NCBI GenBank assembly: GCA_028534125.1
Contig: CM052817.1
Location: forward strand, 44,146,001-44,210,000
Length of the DNA: 64,000 bases
Direction of reading: 5' to 3'
Source of the DNA: Lama glama
Lineage: Eukaryota
Position numbers and translations under genes: made by a program. This document shows positions 25,640 through 40,175 of this stretch, piece after piece. Under the pieces are notes generated by a model. That model was not told the origin of the DNA. It did not search any database and was given only the letters and a program-made list of their open reading frames with translations. Position 1 is the stretch's first letter; each line of letters opens with the position of its first letter.

Positions 25640-27050
25640 AAAGAAACTAGCAGAATTCATCTGTTGTTAACCTTTTACTCCATTTGTTTTATCATGTCTT
25701 TCCTCCCCCATCCTCCACCCCCTCTCTGCAGCATTCATTATGACCCTGTACACCTGAACTTTTCAGTGTGTATTTTCTGAGAATTAGGGATATTGTTTTA
25801 CAGAGTCATAGTAAACTTATTAATTTTAGTAGGTTTAACATTGATACATTTACTGTGATGAAGTCCATCTAAATTCTCATTATGTCAATTGACCTGAAAA
25901 TGACCTTTATAAATAACATTTTTCTCTCTCCAGTACAGGATCCAGTCTAGGGTCAGATATTGCATTTTCATTTTTCTGTAGTCTGGAAAATCTAGAACAT
26001 CCCCACGTGTCCTCCATCCTTTTTGTCTCTCACTTGTATTATTTATACCCCATTTTTTAAAGTTTAAGGAAGTTTGAACTCCCCCCCTCCTTTGTTACAT
26101 TTCTCTATTGTATGCAAAGAATGATTCCTATGTTTCTTTGGTTGATACTGTGTATGAAATTGATTTCTCAGTGTTAAGCCAACTTTGCATTCCTGGGCTA
26201 AATCCCACTTGGCTATGGTGTATAATCCCTTTTTTATGTTGCCAGATTCAGCTTGCTAATATTTTGTTGAGGAATTCTGCATCCTTATTTAAAAGAGATA
26301 TTGGTCTATAGTTTTCTAGTGCTGTTGTCTTTGGTTTTGGTAGCAGGATAATAACTGGCTTTATATAATGAGAAGTGCTCCTCCTTCATATTTTTTGGAA
26401 GAGTGTGTAGAATTTGTACTTATTTTTCTGTAAATGTTTGGTAGAATTCGCCTGTGAAGCCATTTGGGCATGGGCTTTTCTTTGATGACCTTTGTTTACT
26501 GATTCAATCTCTTTATGGCTATTTAAACTTTTTAAAATTTCTTAAGTCAGTTTTGATAGTTTGTTTCTAAGTGCTTGTCTGTTTCATCCAAATTGTCCAA
26601 TTTATTTGTGTAGAATGGTTAATAAAATTTCTTTATAATCCTTTTTATTTCTGTAACATAGGTAGTAATGTCCCCTCTTTATTCCTGATTTTAGTACTTT
26701 ATCCTTGTTTTTTTTTTGGTCAGTGCAGCTAAAGGTTTGCCAGTTTTGGTCTTTTCAAAGAACCAACTTTTGGTTTCATTGATTTTTCTCTATTTTTCTG
26801 TTCTCTGTTTCACTAATTTCTACTCTGATATTAATTTTCTTTCTTCTGACTTGCTTTAGATATAGCTTCATTTACTTTTTCCAGTGTCTTAAGGTGGAAG
26901 GTTAGGGTATTGACTTGATATCTTTTTTAATGTAGATATTTAAAGGTATTTTATTGTTTCCTGTAAGTTTTAGTATATGTTAGACCTTTTAAAATTTATC
27001 TCAGACTATTTTTTAACTTCCTTTATGATTTCCTCTTTGACCTGCATTCC
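25640..27050 (-). mobile_element. Old L1 fragments in CCNI intron 1
   Basis: Antisense L1 ORF2 motifs (ccaactttgcattcctggg, tttggtagaattcgcctgtgaagccat, tcttttcaaagaaccaacttttggtttcattg). Confidence 0.75.
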
Positions 27051-29274
27051 TTTGTTTTCAAAAAGTTGTTATTGCATTTAAATATTTGAAAGTCTTATTA
27101 AGGGCCTGAATTATAGGAGATTGAAGAACAGGAATCCCTTGAACTTGATCTTATACTTCTTTGTATGATTCTATCCTACATGTCCCTCTCTGTCCCCCAC
27201 ATCCATCCTCCCCTAAAAATAATCTTCAAAGGGAGCATTGTAAAAGAAGAATAATTATTAGGGGCAGCCAACCATTAGGGTGTGTTGAGAAGGCTAGCAG
27301 ATCCTGGTGAGCCACCTTGTTGAGTGTAGCTAAGGGAATAAAATAATAAAGTAAGTTTAAAGTTTTGAAAGAATTAATTATAACTAAAATTAGGTTTAGA
27401 AGAGATCTTTGAACATATTAAGTACAGTTTTCAACCAGTACAGGTGTTTCTTCTAAATACCTCTTGACAGGTGATCATCTACTTTATGCTCTATTTCTGA
27501 GGTTGATATTTATGTCTGCTTTAGATGAAATTATAGTGTGTCTGTTTATCTAATTGTGGAGAATCTGAGAAAAGTACCAAGTCAACAAAATTGGCATCTC
27601 AGAACATCTCAGCAGAATATAACAGTAGATGGGATTTAATGACTTTTTAGAAAGGGTATATATTTAAGGTTCTGAACAATGATGTACCCACCCCCCAACA
27701 GCCTCCCCCCCAAAAGGGCACCAAAACCCCACACACAATGGGGTGGGGGTAGGTTAGGGAAGTTTGCCTGTGAGTGTATCTTAGAAAGTCTTAAGAGTTT
27801 TAATTGAGCATAAGTTCTATCTGAATTGATAATGTGGTGTAGCCTTCAAAAAAAAATAGCTAATGATCTTAGTGTTAACAATTAAACTGGTGCTAATTTA
27901 GAAGAGCAAAAATCATGTCATGTGAGGAACTCTTGAACAGTTTTTCAGCTATGCAAAAGATGAACTGATGAGCATGATAGCAGCCTTCAGACATTTGAAG
28001 GATTGGCCTGTGAAAGAGATTAGACTTGGGCTTGTTTGTTTTGGTTATGGTTTTTTGCTTTTAGCCCCAAGGGCTGAAATGAGTCTTTGGTTGAGTCCTT
28101 GTTTCATCAGGATACTGTGCTGTGGGCACTGTGAGTAATAACAACCTGATTGGTAGATACGACTGCAAAGGAATTTATAATTTATTAGGGAAGATGGTGA
28201 GAAACTGCTTTCAGAAGGGAGAGAAATCACGCCAGATGAGAGAATCAAAAGTTCTTGGAAGAAATTACTTTTGAGATGGACCTTTCAGAATAGTTACTAT
28301 TTTCTCTATCTAAATTATTTACCTTTTTTTCTTAGTCTGAAAAGTACTTCATGTTTGTTATAGAAAATTTTCAAAAACTTGGAAATTTAAAGAAACAAAA
28401 GGAAGAAATCACAATCCAGTTAGCCAGAGGCAGTCTGCAATAGGTTGAGTAGCAAGTGAAGTTTGTGGGGTGATTAATAGGAAAGAGGATAGTGGCAGGG
28501 ATGTGGAAATGTGGAAATTGAAAAAAAAGGTTTGTGTTTTTTTTTTTCAAATTTTAAATTTTTGTCCGAAATTAGAAACTTTTTATGCTAATTCTAGACA
28601 TTAAATTTTTAAAAAAAGATTCCCAGGAATCTGAAGCACATGATAATGCAGGTACATAGTTGAAAAAAGGAAATAGTTATATGAGGTCTGCAATGGAAAA
28701 CAGTATTCTCCTGCTGCAGGGCTTTCCCACCATTTTCTCACTCCCCAGAGGTTAACAACTCTTAGCTCTCACCTGTTTCTCTTGTTATTTAAGATCATAT
28801 TTTAAAATAATTTGACCTACTGCTATTTTTGATATTTCCATTTTAGATATTTATGGTTTTTCTCTATGAAATGCAAATATGAGGCTCTTGTTCTGCTTTC
28901 TCCCAATACCCCCTATCCTCCCAGTGTAGTTTTGTCACAATGTTTATGTTGAAATTTTTATTCAGTATTTCCATTATATTGCTATGTAAATATGGTATGT
29001 TATTACATTTACCTTCTTGCAAAATCTCTTTTTCTGAATTTAACCATAGTTACTTAGCTTTCATCAAATCTATTTAAGTCTTTTCACATTCTAAAGCAGC
29101 TTCTCAATCCAATTTTCTATACACAGTCAAACCTCTATAGTTTCCTTTTTTTTTTTTTTAAACCTAGAAACATCTCTTGGACTCTCAGTTGCCCTGCACT
29201 GATCTAGACTGTTGCTCTTTAGACTTGCTGCTCATTTTAAAGAATGGGTTACCTTCTCTTTGAGTTTTATAGAT

Positions 29275-29471
29275 CAACATTGTCCAGTGGAACTTACTGC
29301 ATTAATAGAAGTGTTCCTTTTCTGCACTGTCCAGTGCAGTATCCACTAGCCACATGTGGCAGTTAAGCACTTGAAATGGGACTAGTGTGACTGAGGAATT
29401 ATATTTCAACTTTATTAAATTCTAACTTAATAGCTGTATGTATAGCTAGTGGACACTGTATTGTAAGCACA
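29275..29471. mobile_element. MER3-like hAT-Charlie element
   Basis: ccactagccacatgtggcagttaagcacttgaaat...tagtgtgactgaggaa motif. Confidence 0.7.
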
Positions 29472-30002
29472 ATTCAAGATAGTTTCATACTTAAGGAGAT
29501 TGTTTCATACTTGTTAAATGGGAATCGGTGGGATTTGATGTAATTGATGTAACTTTTTAAATGAAGAGAGAGGTTAGCCCTTATTTGGTTAGATTTTTAA
29601 GAGCAATATTTGGGACAACTACTTCTAAGAATTTGTAGTCTTAAAAAGCCTGGGACTTAACAATTTTTTGACACAGTAATAATATGTTTTGATCGAGTCC
29701 AAAGGTTCTATCAGTTATTTGATCATATTTTTATTCTCTTTATAACTGAATTTCAAATTTAAAGTGAGAATGTTTTAGATAACTGATGATTATTGTAACA
29801 TTTTAATATATGCTATTTTAAAGAGCGATAAAATCCAGTATTGCCTCCTAACGTTTTTATTTTGTTTTATGAATGCTTCATATGTACCAACATATTTGTA
29901 CAATACTATTCTTAATCTATAATTAAATGTAGAGCATTGTTTTATATTTGATTTTATAGGTAGCTACATCAAGCTGGGTGACAGGCAGATCCAAAGGATA
30001 TC

Positions 30003-30116
30003 ATGAAGTTTCCAGGGCCTTTGGAAAACCAGAAATTGTCTTTCCTGTTGGGAAAGGCAATCTCTAGGGAAGCCCAGATGTGGAAGGTGAATGTGCCGAA
30101 AATGCCTACAAATCAG
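30003..30116 (+). CDS. CCNI: Cyclin I coding exon (exon 2 spans 29960-30116), aa 1-38
   Basis: Acceptor ttttatag| at 29959; ATG at 30003; MKFPGPLENQKLSFLLGKAISREAQMWKVNVPKMPTNQ; donor CAG|GTAATG. Confidence 0.97.
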
Positions 30117-33100
30117 GTAATGATTTCTCTCTTTACTCTAAATAGATGGCTTTTATTAGAAATAAGTGTACTACTTGATATGTAATAGTACCTTGAGACT
30201 GCACTGGAGAAATGTGTACCATTAAAGTATATGCTCTATTTTTTATTTGAGAAACATCTCTTTGTTTCATTCTGAAACAAAACAAAAGTGAACTGCTCTT
30301 GTTTGTTTATGTGTTATCTAAATTACAGCTTTAGGGAGATAAGTATGACTCTTCTTTTTCCTCATAGTCCGATACTGACAGTAGTAAGCCTTCTTTATTT
30401 CTATATATAGTTAACCATAGAGCCTGGACTTAGTCAAATCCTTGTCTTTAGTGAGCGAAAAATTGCTCTGTCTTTCATGAATGTCTATAAGGAATTCAAA
30501 TTAACTACTAAGGTATTGCCAGTGTTGAAATCTGCTAGGGAGATAACAAGCTGACCTCTCAATTACTGTTGACTATATGCCTTTTTTTAGAAATTTCATA
30601 TAATTACATCAGAGCTATTTTTCACAAATAACTATGAGTTATTCACTTCAATAGCTTACTGTATAAGATATCTTACTTATCTCTTTATCCTTAGTGCCTG
30701 ACACTGCAAATGAAAGTATCTAAGTTCCTCCTGTGTTAGTTTTGGTTAACCTTTGTTCATAGGTTATTGAAATCTATATGCTTTTTCTAATTCCAGCCTA
30801 CTTCTGTCATTCTTCCCACAAGCTGAAGCATTATGTTTTGTATTTACTATTATTTGTCTTTTAGTGAGTAGAAGATTAGGTAACCTAAATGATTGCCTTT
30901 TTTTACTAGGAGCATTTGCATGCCATCATATTTGATATCTCATTTAATCTTTTGACGTAGGCAGTAGTCCCAGTTTGCTCCAGACTTCAGCTAATAAGTA
31001 GTAGTGTTATAATTTTGAACCTGGGGCCATTCTCTTCCCATTTTACTTTGTTTTTTCATTTTTTATTTTTGTATACATGTGTGATTTTTAGATAACTTGG
31101 GGATTCAGTCATTCAGTAAATGTTAACATTAAATATCTGTTGTATTCTGAGAACTATTCTAGGCATTGGGGATATAACAGTGAGAAAAACAGAAGTTTTT
31201 GCCCCATGTTCTGACATTCTAGTAAGCCCCAAAGCTTTCTTAGAGTTGCCTTTAGAACTATTTCTTTTTTCTTCTGCTATCTCCTCCTGTCAGCATGAAA
31301 CCATCAATGATAGATTTTTACAACATGATCTTCACAGGTGATACTCTACCCAGATTATATCATATTGCTCTATTATCACTGAATCTGGCTCATTTTAATG
31401 GGTGTTTTAATAGATATTACTGTTCTGTTCTCTGGTATTACACATGAGTATCAGAACTTCTAAGAGAGATCTATTTAAGGTTTTGCCTTTGGTAAAGCCG
31501 AGTAAAAGCATACTTATTTCTTATAAAATGTGTGTGGGCTTGGTCTGGTGATAGAAGATAAGATAGAGATGGCAGCTAAGAGCTATAGGGGCTTGAGCCA
31601 CTTGACACAGAATAACCTTCAAGGACACATTTATCCTAGTTCTAATTCTTCTGTTTTCTTCTGCAGCTCTTATGGACTGGCTTTTCTACTTCCCTTTCTG
31701 CTGTTGCTTCTAACTATGATTTCCCTCCTTGACTCCTTTTTGCAGAAGAGAAAAATAGTCTTATCTCTAAAGTATATATCTGTCTTTTCCAACTTCTCTA
31801 ATTTTTTTTTTTGTGCTGGTAAAATGGAAGAATAAAATATTTTTAACCTTTTTTCCCTCCAGTTTTTTCTTCTTTCCTGTTTCTCTCTTCATCTAAATCC
31901 TATCTCAAGGTCTTTCTCAGTTCTCTTGTAAATTGCATCTCCTATCTTGCAGTTGAGGTCAAGAATATTATACACTTATCACTCCCCTTCTTTGTTCTCC
32001 CACAGCACTCTGTACTTCCCATATGATAGCACACAATATTATAATTTCTTGATGGTTTGACTGAATTCTGTTGGGGTAGAGTTCTGTCACTTTTGTTTCC
32101 TGGCATGTAATAATAGGCTCACAATAAACACTTGTTAAATGAGCGTTGATTGTTATTTCTTTGTAATTCGTCCAGGTTAGAGTTCTTTTATGTAATAATA
32201 GTACTTCCGAGTACATGGTGATTTTGTTATGAATTTGGGGGAAAAATTGAAGAATGGTTAAAGTGACATGTACTTTCAGGTATTCTCAATTTATTTTGAT
32301 ATACAAAGATAAAACTGTTTATATAGAGATGATTTTCATTACAATTTTGAAACTAAGGAACTTTAAAGGCCATTTGATTATGTGATATGCAAATACAGGA
32401 TCTTGAACCTCTGGGCTACTAAATGTATCAGAATCACTCAGGAGGTGTCTTACAGATTCCAGGCCCCACCCAGACCTACTGGGCTTGTGGCAAATTTGGA
32501 AATTCGTATTTTAAAAAGCTTTGTAGTTTTATTAATAAGTGTTTGGTTTGGGAAGCAATGATTTAGTCTAACCACACAGTTAAAAAAAAGAAGTTCTCCT
32601 AACATCTCTGATAAGTGACCCTCTGCTTTGGATACTTTGTCCGTTCCACTGTGGAAAGGCTCTGTGAATTACTGAGAAATTTGTCCTAAGTTGAACCTGA
32701 AAACTGCTTCTTTCTAGTGGCCACTTAGTGGTTCTAGGTCTGTCCACTGGAGCAGTACAGAATAAATTCATTTCATATTTTAAATGACAGTCCTTTACCT
32801 ACTTAAAGACAGGTGTTAAACCCACAAAGTCATCTCTTCTCCTGATTGAGTATCTCTTATTCTTCAACCATTTTTCATTTGACAGGATTTCCCCTTTTAC
32901 CATCCCAGTTTTTCTTTCTCTATATACACTCTTTTTTTAAAACTGTTTCTTAAATTGTGATATTTGAGTTGTGGTAATTAATGAGCAATAAAGTAAGACT
33001 ATTACCCCACTTTATCTTGGCTTGATAATTTCATTAATGTAGCCCTAAATTTAAAAAAATTTTTGTTTTGGCAGCAATGTCATGTTGTTGGCTTATACTA

Positions 33101-33369
33101 AACTTGCTTTTAAAACCTTGTTGTTTTGTCTCTCTACTTTTAAGCAGGAGTTTCCCTTATCCTAGATGTACTTAAAAAATTTTTAACTTAGGTGCACTGT
33201 TTCATATTTATCCTTACTAAGTTTAGAATTGTTGACACTGGCCCATTTTTCTAGCTTTAATATCATGATTGTTATCTATATTAGATATATATATTGACTT
33301 CCTGTCATTTTTATACCATCTGTGGATTTGATAAATAAATAAATAAATCTATTCCTCCCCCCCGTTTGT

Positions 33370-33586
33370 TTGTTTTTTTCTTTTCCATAAGTAAACGGTT
33401 TCTTAAAGTGTATGCTGTTCATAAGTGTACAACCATAAATTTTCACAAAATAACACTTGTGTAACCACCACATTACCAACACCTTCAGAAGCCTTTCTTG
33501 TGTCCTCTTAGAGTTACTACCATCTATCTCCTCCCCACAAAGAAACCATTATCCTAATATCACAGATTAGTTTTTCCTGGTTTTGA

Positions 33587-33628
<42 letters not shown>

Positions 33629-35420
33629 GTATGTACTGGCCTCTTTTGCTCAGCCTTTTCTTTTTTTTTTTTTTTAGTGTAAGATTCATCCGTATTATGT
33701 CATGTAGTCATAATTAATTTATTCTCATTGCCACATAATATTCCATCAAAGGACTTTATTTATCCGTTCTGCTGTTGATGGTCATTAGTCATTTTCTTGT
33801 GTATGTCTTTGGTGACATATGTGTACATTTCTGTTGCGTATGTTCCTAGAGGTGGAATTGCTAGAACCTAGACTATGTTTATACTCAGGTTTAGCAGATA
33901 ACACCAATTGTATTACTTACCAAAGTTGTTATTCCACTTTTATAGCACATTTTTTTTAACCCCTTACAGCAGAGTATGAAAGTCTCAAGTTGCTGTACAT
34001 CCTCATCAGCCCTTGGTATTGTCTGTCTTTTTCATTTTAGTTACTCTGGTGAGTGTGTTACAGTATCACAACACATTGGGTTTTAATTTGCATTTCCTTG
34101 ATAACTAATGAAATTCAACAGTTTGTCATGTGCTTATTGGCTATTAGATATTCTCTTTTGGTGACATATCTGTTAAAATCTTTCACCTGGGTTTCTATTG
34201 AGTTGCTAAGTTGTTTCCTTAGGAGTTCTTTCTTTTTCAGGCTCTGTGTTACATATTTTCAGCGCTGTTTGCTTGTTGATTTTTGATGAATAGAAGTTCT
34301 TAATTTTTAATGATCTAATTATCAAAATTCTTTTCCTTTTTGCTTAATCCTTTAAAGAAATGTTTGCCTAAACCAGGGTAGTGAAGATAGGATTTTTTTC
34401 CATTTTGGTATGGTATGAATTGTAGGAGTCAAGAATAATTTTTCTCTATATAGGAAACCAGTACCATTTATTAAAATAAAAAGACATTTTCTGCTACTGC
34501 CCTGTGATGTACTTTTGTTTTAAATTAAGTGACTGCTGTATATGAGTAGATACATTTGTGGGTCAGTTTCTTGCCTCTTTTCTCATCATTGGTCTGTTTG
34601 CCTCTCTGTATACCTCACTGCCTCAGTTATTATAGCGTTGTAGTAACTCTTTGGTGTCATAAACTTTGTTCTTTTTTTTTTTTTTTTAAGATTGTCTTGG
34701 CTATTCTTAGCTCTTTGCTCTTGCATATGTATTTTTAGATATACTTGTCAATGCTCAAAAAAAAATTATGGGGGTTTTGGTTAATTGAATGTATAGATTG
34801 ATTTGGGGAGAGAATCGACATATTTATGAGTCTTCCAATCCATGAACATGACTATTTCTCCATTTTTCTTTAAAGGTCGTCTTCAGTTTCTTTTAATAGT
34901 ATTTGGTAATTAAGGTTTATTTCTGGGTGGTATTTGAGTCTTATTGAGGCTATCACAAATGGTAACATTTTAATTTGATTTTTTTATATACTTGCCTTCT
35001 GTATGTTGGTCTATAGAAGTAAAGTAGATTTTTATATAGACCATACTAAATTAACTTACTAATAGTTTAGTCTTTTGGAAGATTTTCTGTATATTATATA
35101 CAGTCATGTCAAATGTGAATAATAATGGTTTCATTTCGTTCTTTTAGTTCTTACACTTTCATTTTTCTTGTTTTGCAGAATTAGCTAGGGTCCAGAACCC
35201 TGCTGGAATCTCTGTGAGGAGAAATCTTTCAGTCTTTCACCATTGACTGTGATGTTTGCTATGTATGTCTTAGTCATAACCAGACTAAGAAACTCCTTTC
35301 TTCTGTCTTAGTTTGCTAAGAGATTTTTCATGAATAGGTGGTGAATATTTGTATGTAATTGGATTTTGTGAACATTTTGGTTAGGATTTTTGTGTCTATG
35401 TTCATGGTGACTGTTTAGCA
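33370..35420 (-). mobile_element. Old L1 (L1MC/ME-like) in intron 2, containing (TG)n at ~33590-33625
   Basis: Antisense L1 motifs (gtttaatttgcatttcc-like, aagattgtcttggctattct, tcttccaatccatgaacatg, tctttcaccattga). Confidence 0.75.
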
Positions 35421-38400
35421 GTCCCCCTTTTTCCTGAAGAGTGCTAAACTCTCCCCTGAACTGACTCTTGCTTTTCAGAGGCTTTCTGCTTAGCCTCTCA
35501 GAGCTTTGTCCTTCCTAACTTCAGAATCTGATTTAGAAAATAAGGGGAAAATCAGCTGTCACATTCACGTCTCGGACCCTCTTCTACTAGGTTCTTGGTT
35601 CCTCAAGATTCCAAATTTTGTCTCTTGCCTTGTAAGACTCCCAAAAGCTCTGTTGGTTTCTTTGCTCATACTTTCTGCCTCTTGCCATACTCACAGGATG
35701 GGCAAATGCCCGAAAAGGATAGTTAATGCAGAATGTTGACTCATCTCTTACTATTACTACCTGCTGTCTGGAATTTTGGCTCCTCAAGGCCCAGTTGTCT
35801 TAGAAGTTCTGATACCTTTCTGTTGTTAATAGCTTTTCTAGTTGTTCTCAGCTAGAGTGTAGGTTTGCTGCTACCTACTCAGTCATAGCCAAAAGCAGAA
35901 AGGTAATTTTTTGAAGAGTGACAGGAGATGCTGTGGGAGCACAGGAAGGTAATTAGCCCAACTTGAATTATCAGGAAAAGTGTCTAGTGGGGAGTGACCA
36001 TTGAAATAGCTCTTAAAGGGTAAATAAGAGGTAAAAGAGAGAGGAGTGTGTTCCAACCAGAGGGAACAGTATTAGCAAAGTAGCAGTGATGTGAAATAGC
36101 ATGGCAGGAACAAGGAAAAGCCATAAATACAAGTATTCCCTCTTATAGTATGAATTTTAAGCAGGAAGTGATGGAAGGTGAGTGAGGCTGGAGAGGCAGG
36201 TCATAGAGGGATTTGTATGCCATGCCTGAGGGATTATGCTTAATATTTAGGTAATGGTAAACCTTACAGAGTTTAAAGCTGGGGAGGATTTGTGTTTAAT
36301 GATTAGAATAGCAGCATGTGGAATATAAAGCCCTGTGTTTTGCCATGTTGAATCAAACCATTATAAATTCTCTTTGGGATTAGTCATTCAACCAATTTAC
36401 TGAACTCTTTTAATGCTGTTTGAGCAGTCCACATAAGAGAAAACAGATCCCTTGATCAGGAAATACTATCTGGGGTACTGCCTGCCCGCTTTCCTCCCTC
36501 CTTCCCTCCCTCAAATGGGATTACTTAGGCATGGAGCTTTATTTTTTAAAGCTATTCTGATGATATCACTGTTGAGTACATGTTTTAACTGACTTGAAAA
36601 AAGAGATCTTAGAATCAGTATCACTTAAGAGTGAGTCAAACTAATTTTCTGTGAGGTTTTTTGGTTATTGTTAGTTTTGGCTAGTGATGATAGTACTAGC
36701 CATGCAAGAATGTTTTCTTGGCCCTGTTCTCAAATTTTTTAATATGAGGTATGTTAAAGTCAAAGATACTGTCACGATCTCTTTCATATCTAATTGTATT
36801 GTAATCAGTTTAAAAGAATTATTTATATGTAATATTTTGTAAATTTTTTTTTCTGGCATCTTAAAGCATCAAGTATATTTAAAGGTGAGAAAGGACAAAA
36901 CTAATATTTAAGTGCTTTCACGTTCTGTGTGCTTTACGTAAGTTATGTCATTTAGTTATAACTATGCTATGGAAATCTCTGTATAACTGTTCCCTTGTGT
37001 TATACCTATACTTGCAGCACATTATGTCCATCTTTTGTGGGACTTCTTACAGTTACATGTTGGCTATTTGTTTAATGTCAAACACCAAATAGTCACTTTA
37101 TGTAATCTGTCATCTAAGGGTATTTTTTTCTCCTATATCTCTGACCTGAAGGTAGAATAAACGGTGTTCTTATTCCTCATTGCTGTTCTAGATCATTGTT
37201 CTTTCTCCTCCCTAAAAGCCTCCCCAGTTTCCTCAGGTGGTATCACTGTCTGCCTCTCTCTGTGTGAATTTTATTTCCTTGTCATTGAATTGTTTGGATG
37301 GCTACCTTAACATTACTTTTTAAATTTGTTTTGGCATTTTTAGATAGAAGCTCATCTTAGTAGAAATTTAGTTTCTCTTGAATGCTTAACTTCAATCTAA
37401 AAGTTTTGTGACTGCCTTCACTTTTGGTCCCCAGGGACCTTTAGTGGCCCCTAGTCCAGCTCTTAAAGAGCACCTCAGGGCTCTGTGGAAAATAGAATAC
37501 TGTAGAACCAGTGACCATGTTAAGAGCTTTTTGACCCAGGGTCTAGCTATAGGGCTGTTTCTGCTTCCTCTCACCTCTGGAGAAGCCATAACTTGAGGTA
37601 GTATTTTGCCCGCTTTTGCAGACTGCTTTTGTGAAAGAGAGAATCTTAACTCCTGGCTTTAATAGCTTTAACACTAGTTTCCTCTGTCAAGTTGGTTAAT
37701 AGTCTCTGCAAGACATAAATTCTGCTCCTAATCTATATACTCAAAACTTGTCGAGCCCTTAGCTTCAGTCCCATGAACTATTTTGTTTCTTTTTGATTCA
37801 TTGAATTGTATCACTGATTCTCCAGAGCATCTGTTTCTAGCAGTCTTTTCCATCCACTTCAATTTTTATTTGCAAGTCTGAGGAGCTTAACAAGTTACTG
37901 CCTCCAGGTTGACATCATTCTTATCCTTCAGAGTAAAGTTCACAGGCTTTAAATACTTGTTTCTTTTCCTTGTCTTACAAATGATCACCCCCTTCCCTCA
38001 CTTTTTAACTCTTAAGATACAAGTTAGTTGCTGTCTCCTCTAAGAACATTTTACTCCCCTCCCACACTGGGCCAGGTACCCTTCCTGTGTGCTCCCCTAG
38101 TGCCCTGTGCATAACTCTATTTTAATGCTTACCATATTTTATTGACATTTTCTTATTGTTTGCCTCACCATGAGACTTTTAAGTTTTGAAGTTTAAACAG
38201 AGAGTGTTTCATTCATCATTGCATTCCCATGACCTATCATATGTTCAACACTTAATATTTATTAATATGAATTGAATTTAATGTCTTGATTGTCAGATGT
38301 TTTCACATTACTGTTCATAGTCTTAACACCAGCTTGGTGGTAATATGTAAATATAAGAGGTTATAAACCATCTTTATCTAATTTTCTTGTCAGTATTTCT

Positions 38401-39574
38401 TACGCGGTATTCTAGGGTCAATCTTTTTTTTTTTTCTTTCTTTTCACGAAAGGAATTCACCAGCAGGTGAATATATGGCACTTAACCTTCTAAAATACCA
38501 GTTATATCTGAGTTTAGAGTTAAATGTAAAAATTAGATGTGTGATTAGTTGATTTGACCAACATAGAGAAACACTTTACTTTCCTGTGCCAAAGCTGAAA
38601 ATTGAAAGAAAGAGAAGCTGGAATAAAATAAGGGAAACTAGCCAATGCAATGGCAGAGGTAATAATGAGCACCAAGTCGTGTATTTCTCACAACACTAAA
38701 GGAAGCCAAGAGGAAGGAGAGAAGAAATTCCAAGTGAAATACCTGTTTGAGGCAATGTATTGCCAAAGATGTACAACCCTTCATGATTTAATAGTTCTTA
38801 CTGCATCTCTCTGTGATATAGAAATTAATTTCATAAAGTTGACCCTGAGTGATCAGGGAAGAGGTTTAAGCTGTGATCTCTATACTTCCTGAGAAATGAG
38901 ATAAGTAATATATATTTTTAAGAGATTTCCATCAAAAATGGTTATGATGATAAAGTCTGCAGTACACAGATTAAACCTTTACTTGTCTGGAACCCTCATA
39001 TTGAAAATAGTCTTTTCCACTAATCATAGAGTCATTTCTGTACTTGTTGTCTTTACCTGGCAGAAGAGTACTTACATGGATCTGTTTTGTATATTAGTGG
39101 TAGATTAAATATTACTAGGTTTTTTTTTTATGGTACCTGCAAAACTCAGGAGTAAAGGTATCTAAATCATTCATTATTGCTTTAAAGTGTGTATCTTTTG
39201 AAAATTAAGCCTATACTCAGTAGTTAAAAATAATATATAGGAAGATTAAAACACCAATAATGTTCAGTGTTTGTGTAGTAATCTCTCCAGTGGTAAGTTA
39301 GTTCAGGTTAATTTCCCCTTCAATATTCTTTCATCATTTTTAAATATGTAATTTGTCCATTTTCCCTGGTATGTTTCATTCATTCCTGTTGACTTTAGCT
39401 TTGTTTTTAATAGGTTAGCATTTTGTTACCATAGCCTGTTTGTATTTCTAAAGATACTTTAATGGCTGTTTGCTGCCTTAGAAAAAAGTTCACTGTATTT
39501 TCTTGTTCTCAAGAATTGGGGAAACCTAATTCCAAAATTACTATAGTTGATAATAGTGTTAGCTAAACTTTAAA

Positions 39575-39711
39575 GGGGGAGGGTATAGCTCAAGTGGTAG
39601 AGCACATGCTTAGGATGCATGAGGTCCTGGGTCCAGTCCCCAGTACCTCCTCTAAGAATTAATAAATAAACCTGATTTACTCCCCCTACCTCCACCTAAA
39701 TAAATAAATAA

Positions 39712-39757
<46 letters not shown>
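39575..39757 (+). mobile_element. Camelid tRNA-derived SINE (vic-1-like) followed by (TG)n
   Basis: ggggggagggtatagctcaagtggtagagcacatgcttagg...cccagtacctcc, (TAAA)n tail, then (TG)n at ~39715-39757. Confidence 0.88.
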
Positions 39758-39761
<4 letters not shown>

Positions 39762-40046
39762 TCCCTGAAAACCCCAGTTTAAATAAAGTATAGATACATG
39801 GTGAGATGACATATTGGATGTTGATATTAAATGCTGTAACTAGTTCATAAAATTTTATCTTCATTTATCTTAAGTTTGATAGATTTTGAGTAAACTTAAA
39901 AACATTTTTTAACATATAAATACATATTCCATAGCATTTGCTAACCTTTTATAAGCAAGAATTGGAAACATATCCTTGATGATATTTGTTCTCTCATATC
40001 CTTGTTTACTTGTTCTCTTTTATTTTTGTTTTTTGTTTCCTTATAG

Positions 40047-40175
40047 AATGTTTCTCCATCCCAGAGAGATGAAGTGATTCAGTGGCTGGCCAAACTCAAG
40101 TACCAATTCAATCTTTACCCAGAAACATTTGCACTGGCTAGTAGTCTTTTGGACAGGTTCTTAGCTACTGTAAAG
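40047..40175 (+). CDS. CCNI: Cyclin I exon 3, aa 39-81 (start of cyclin box; R75 codon AGG at 40155-40157)
   Basis: ccttatag| NVSPSQRDEVIQWLAKLKYQFNLYPETFALASSLLDRFLATVK |GTAAAT; 129 nt, phase 0. Confidence 0.97.
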
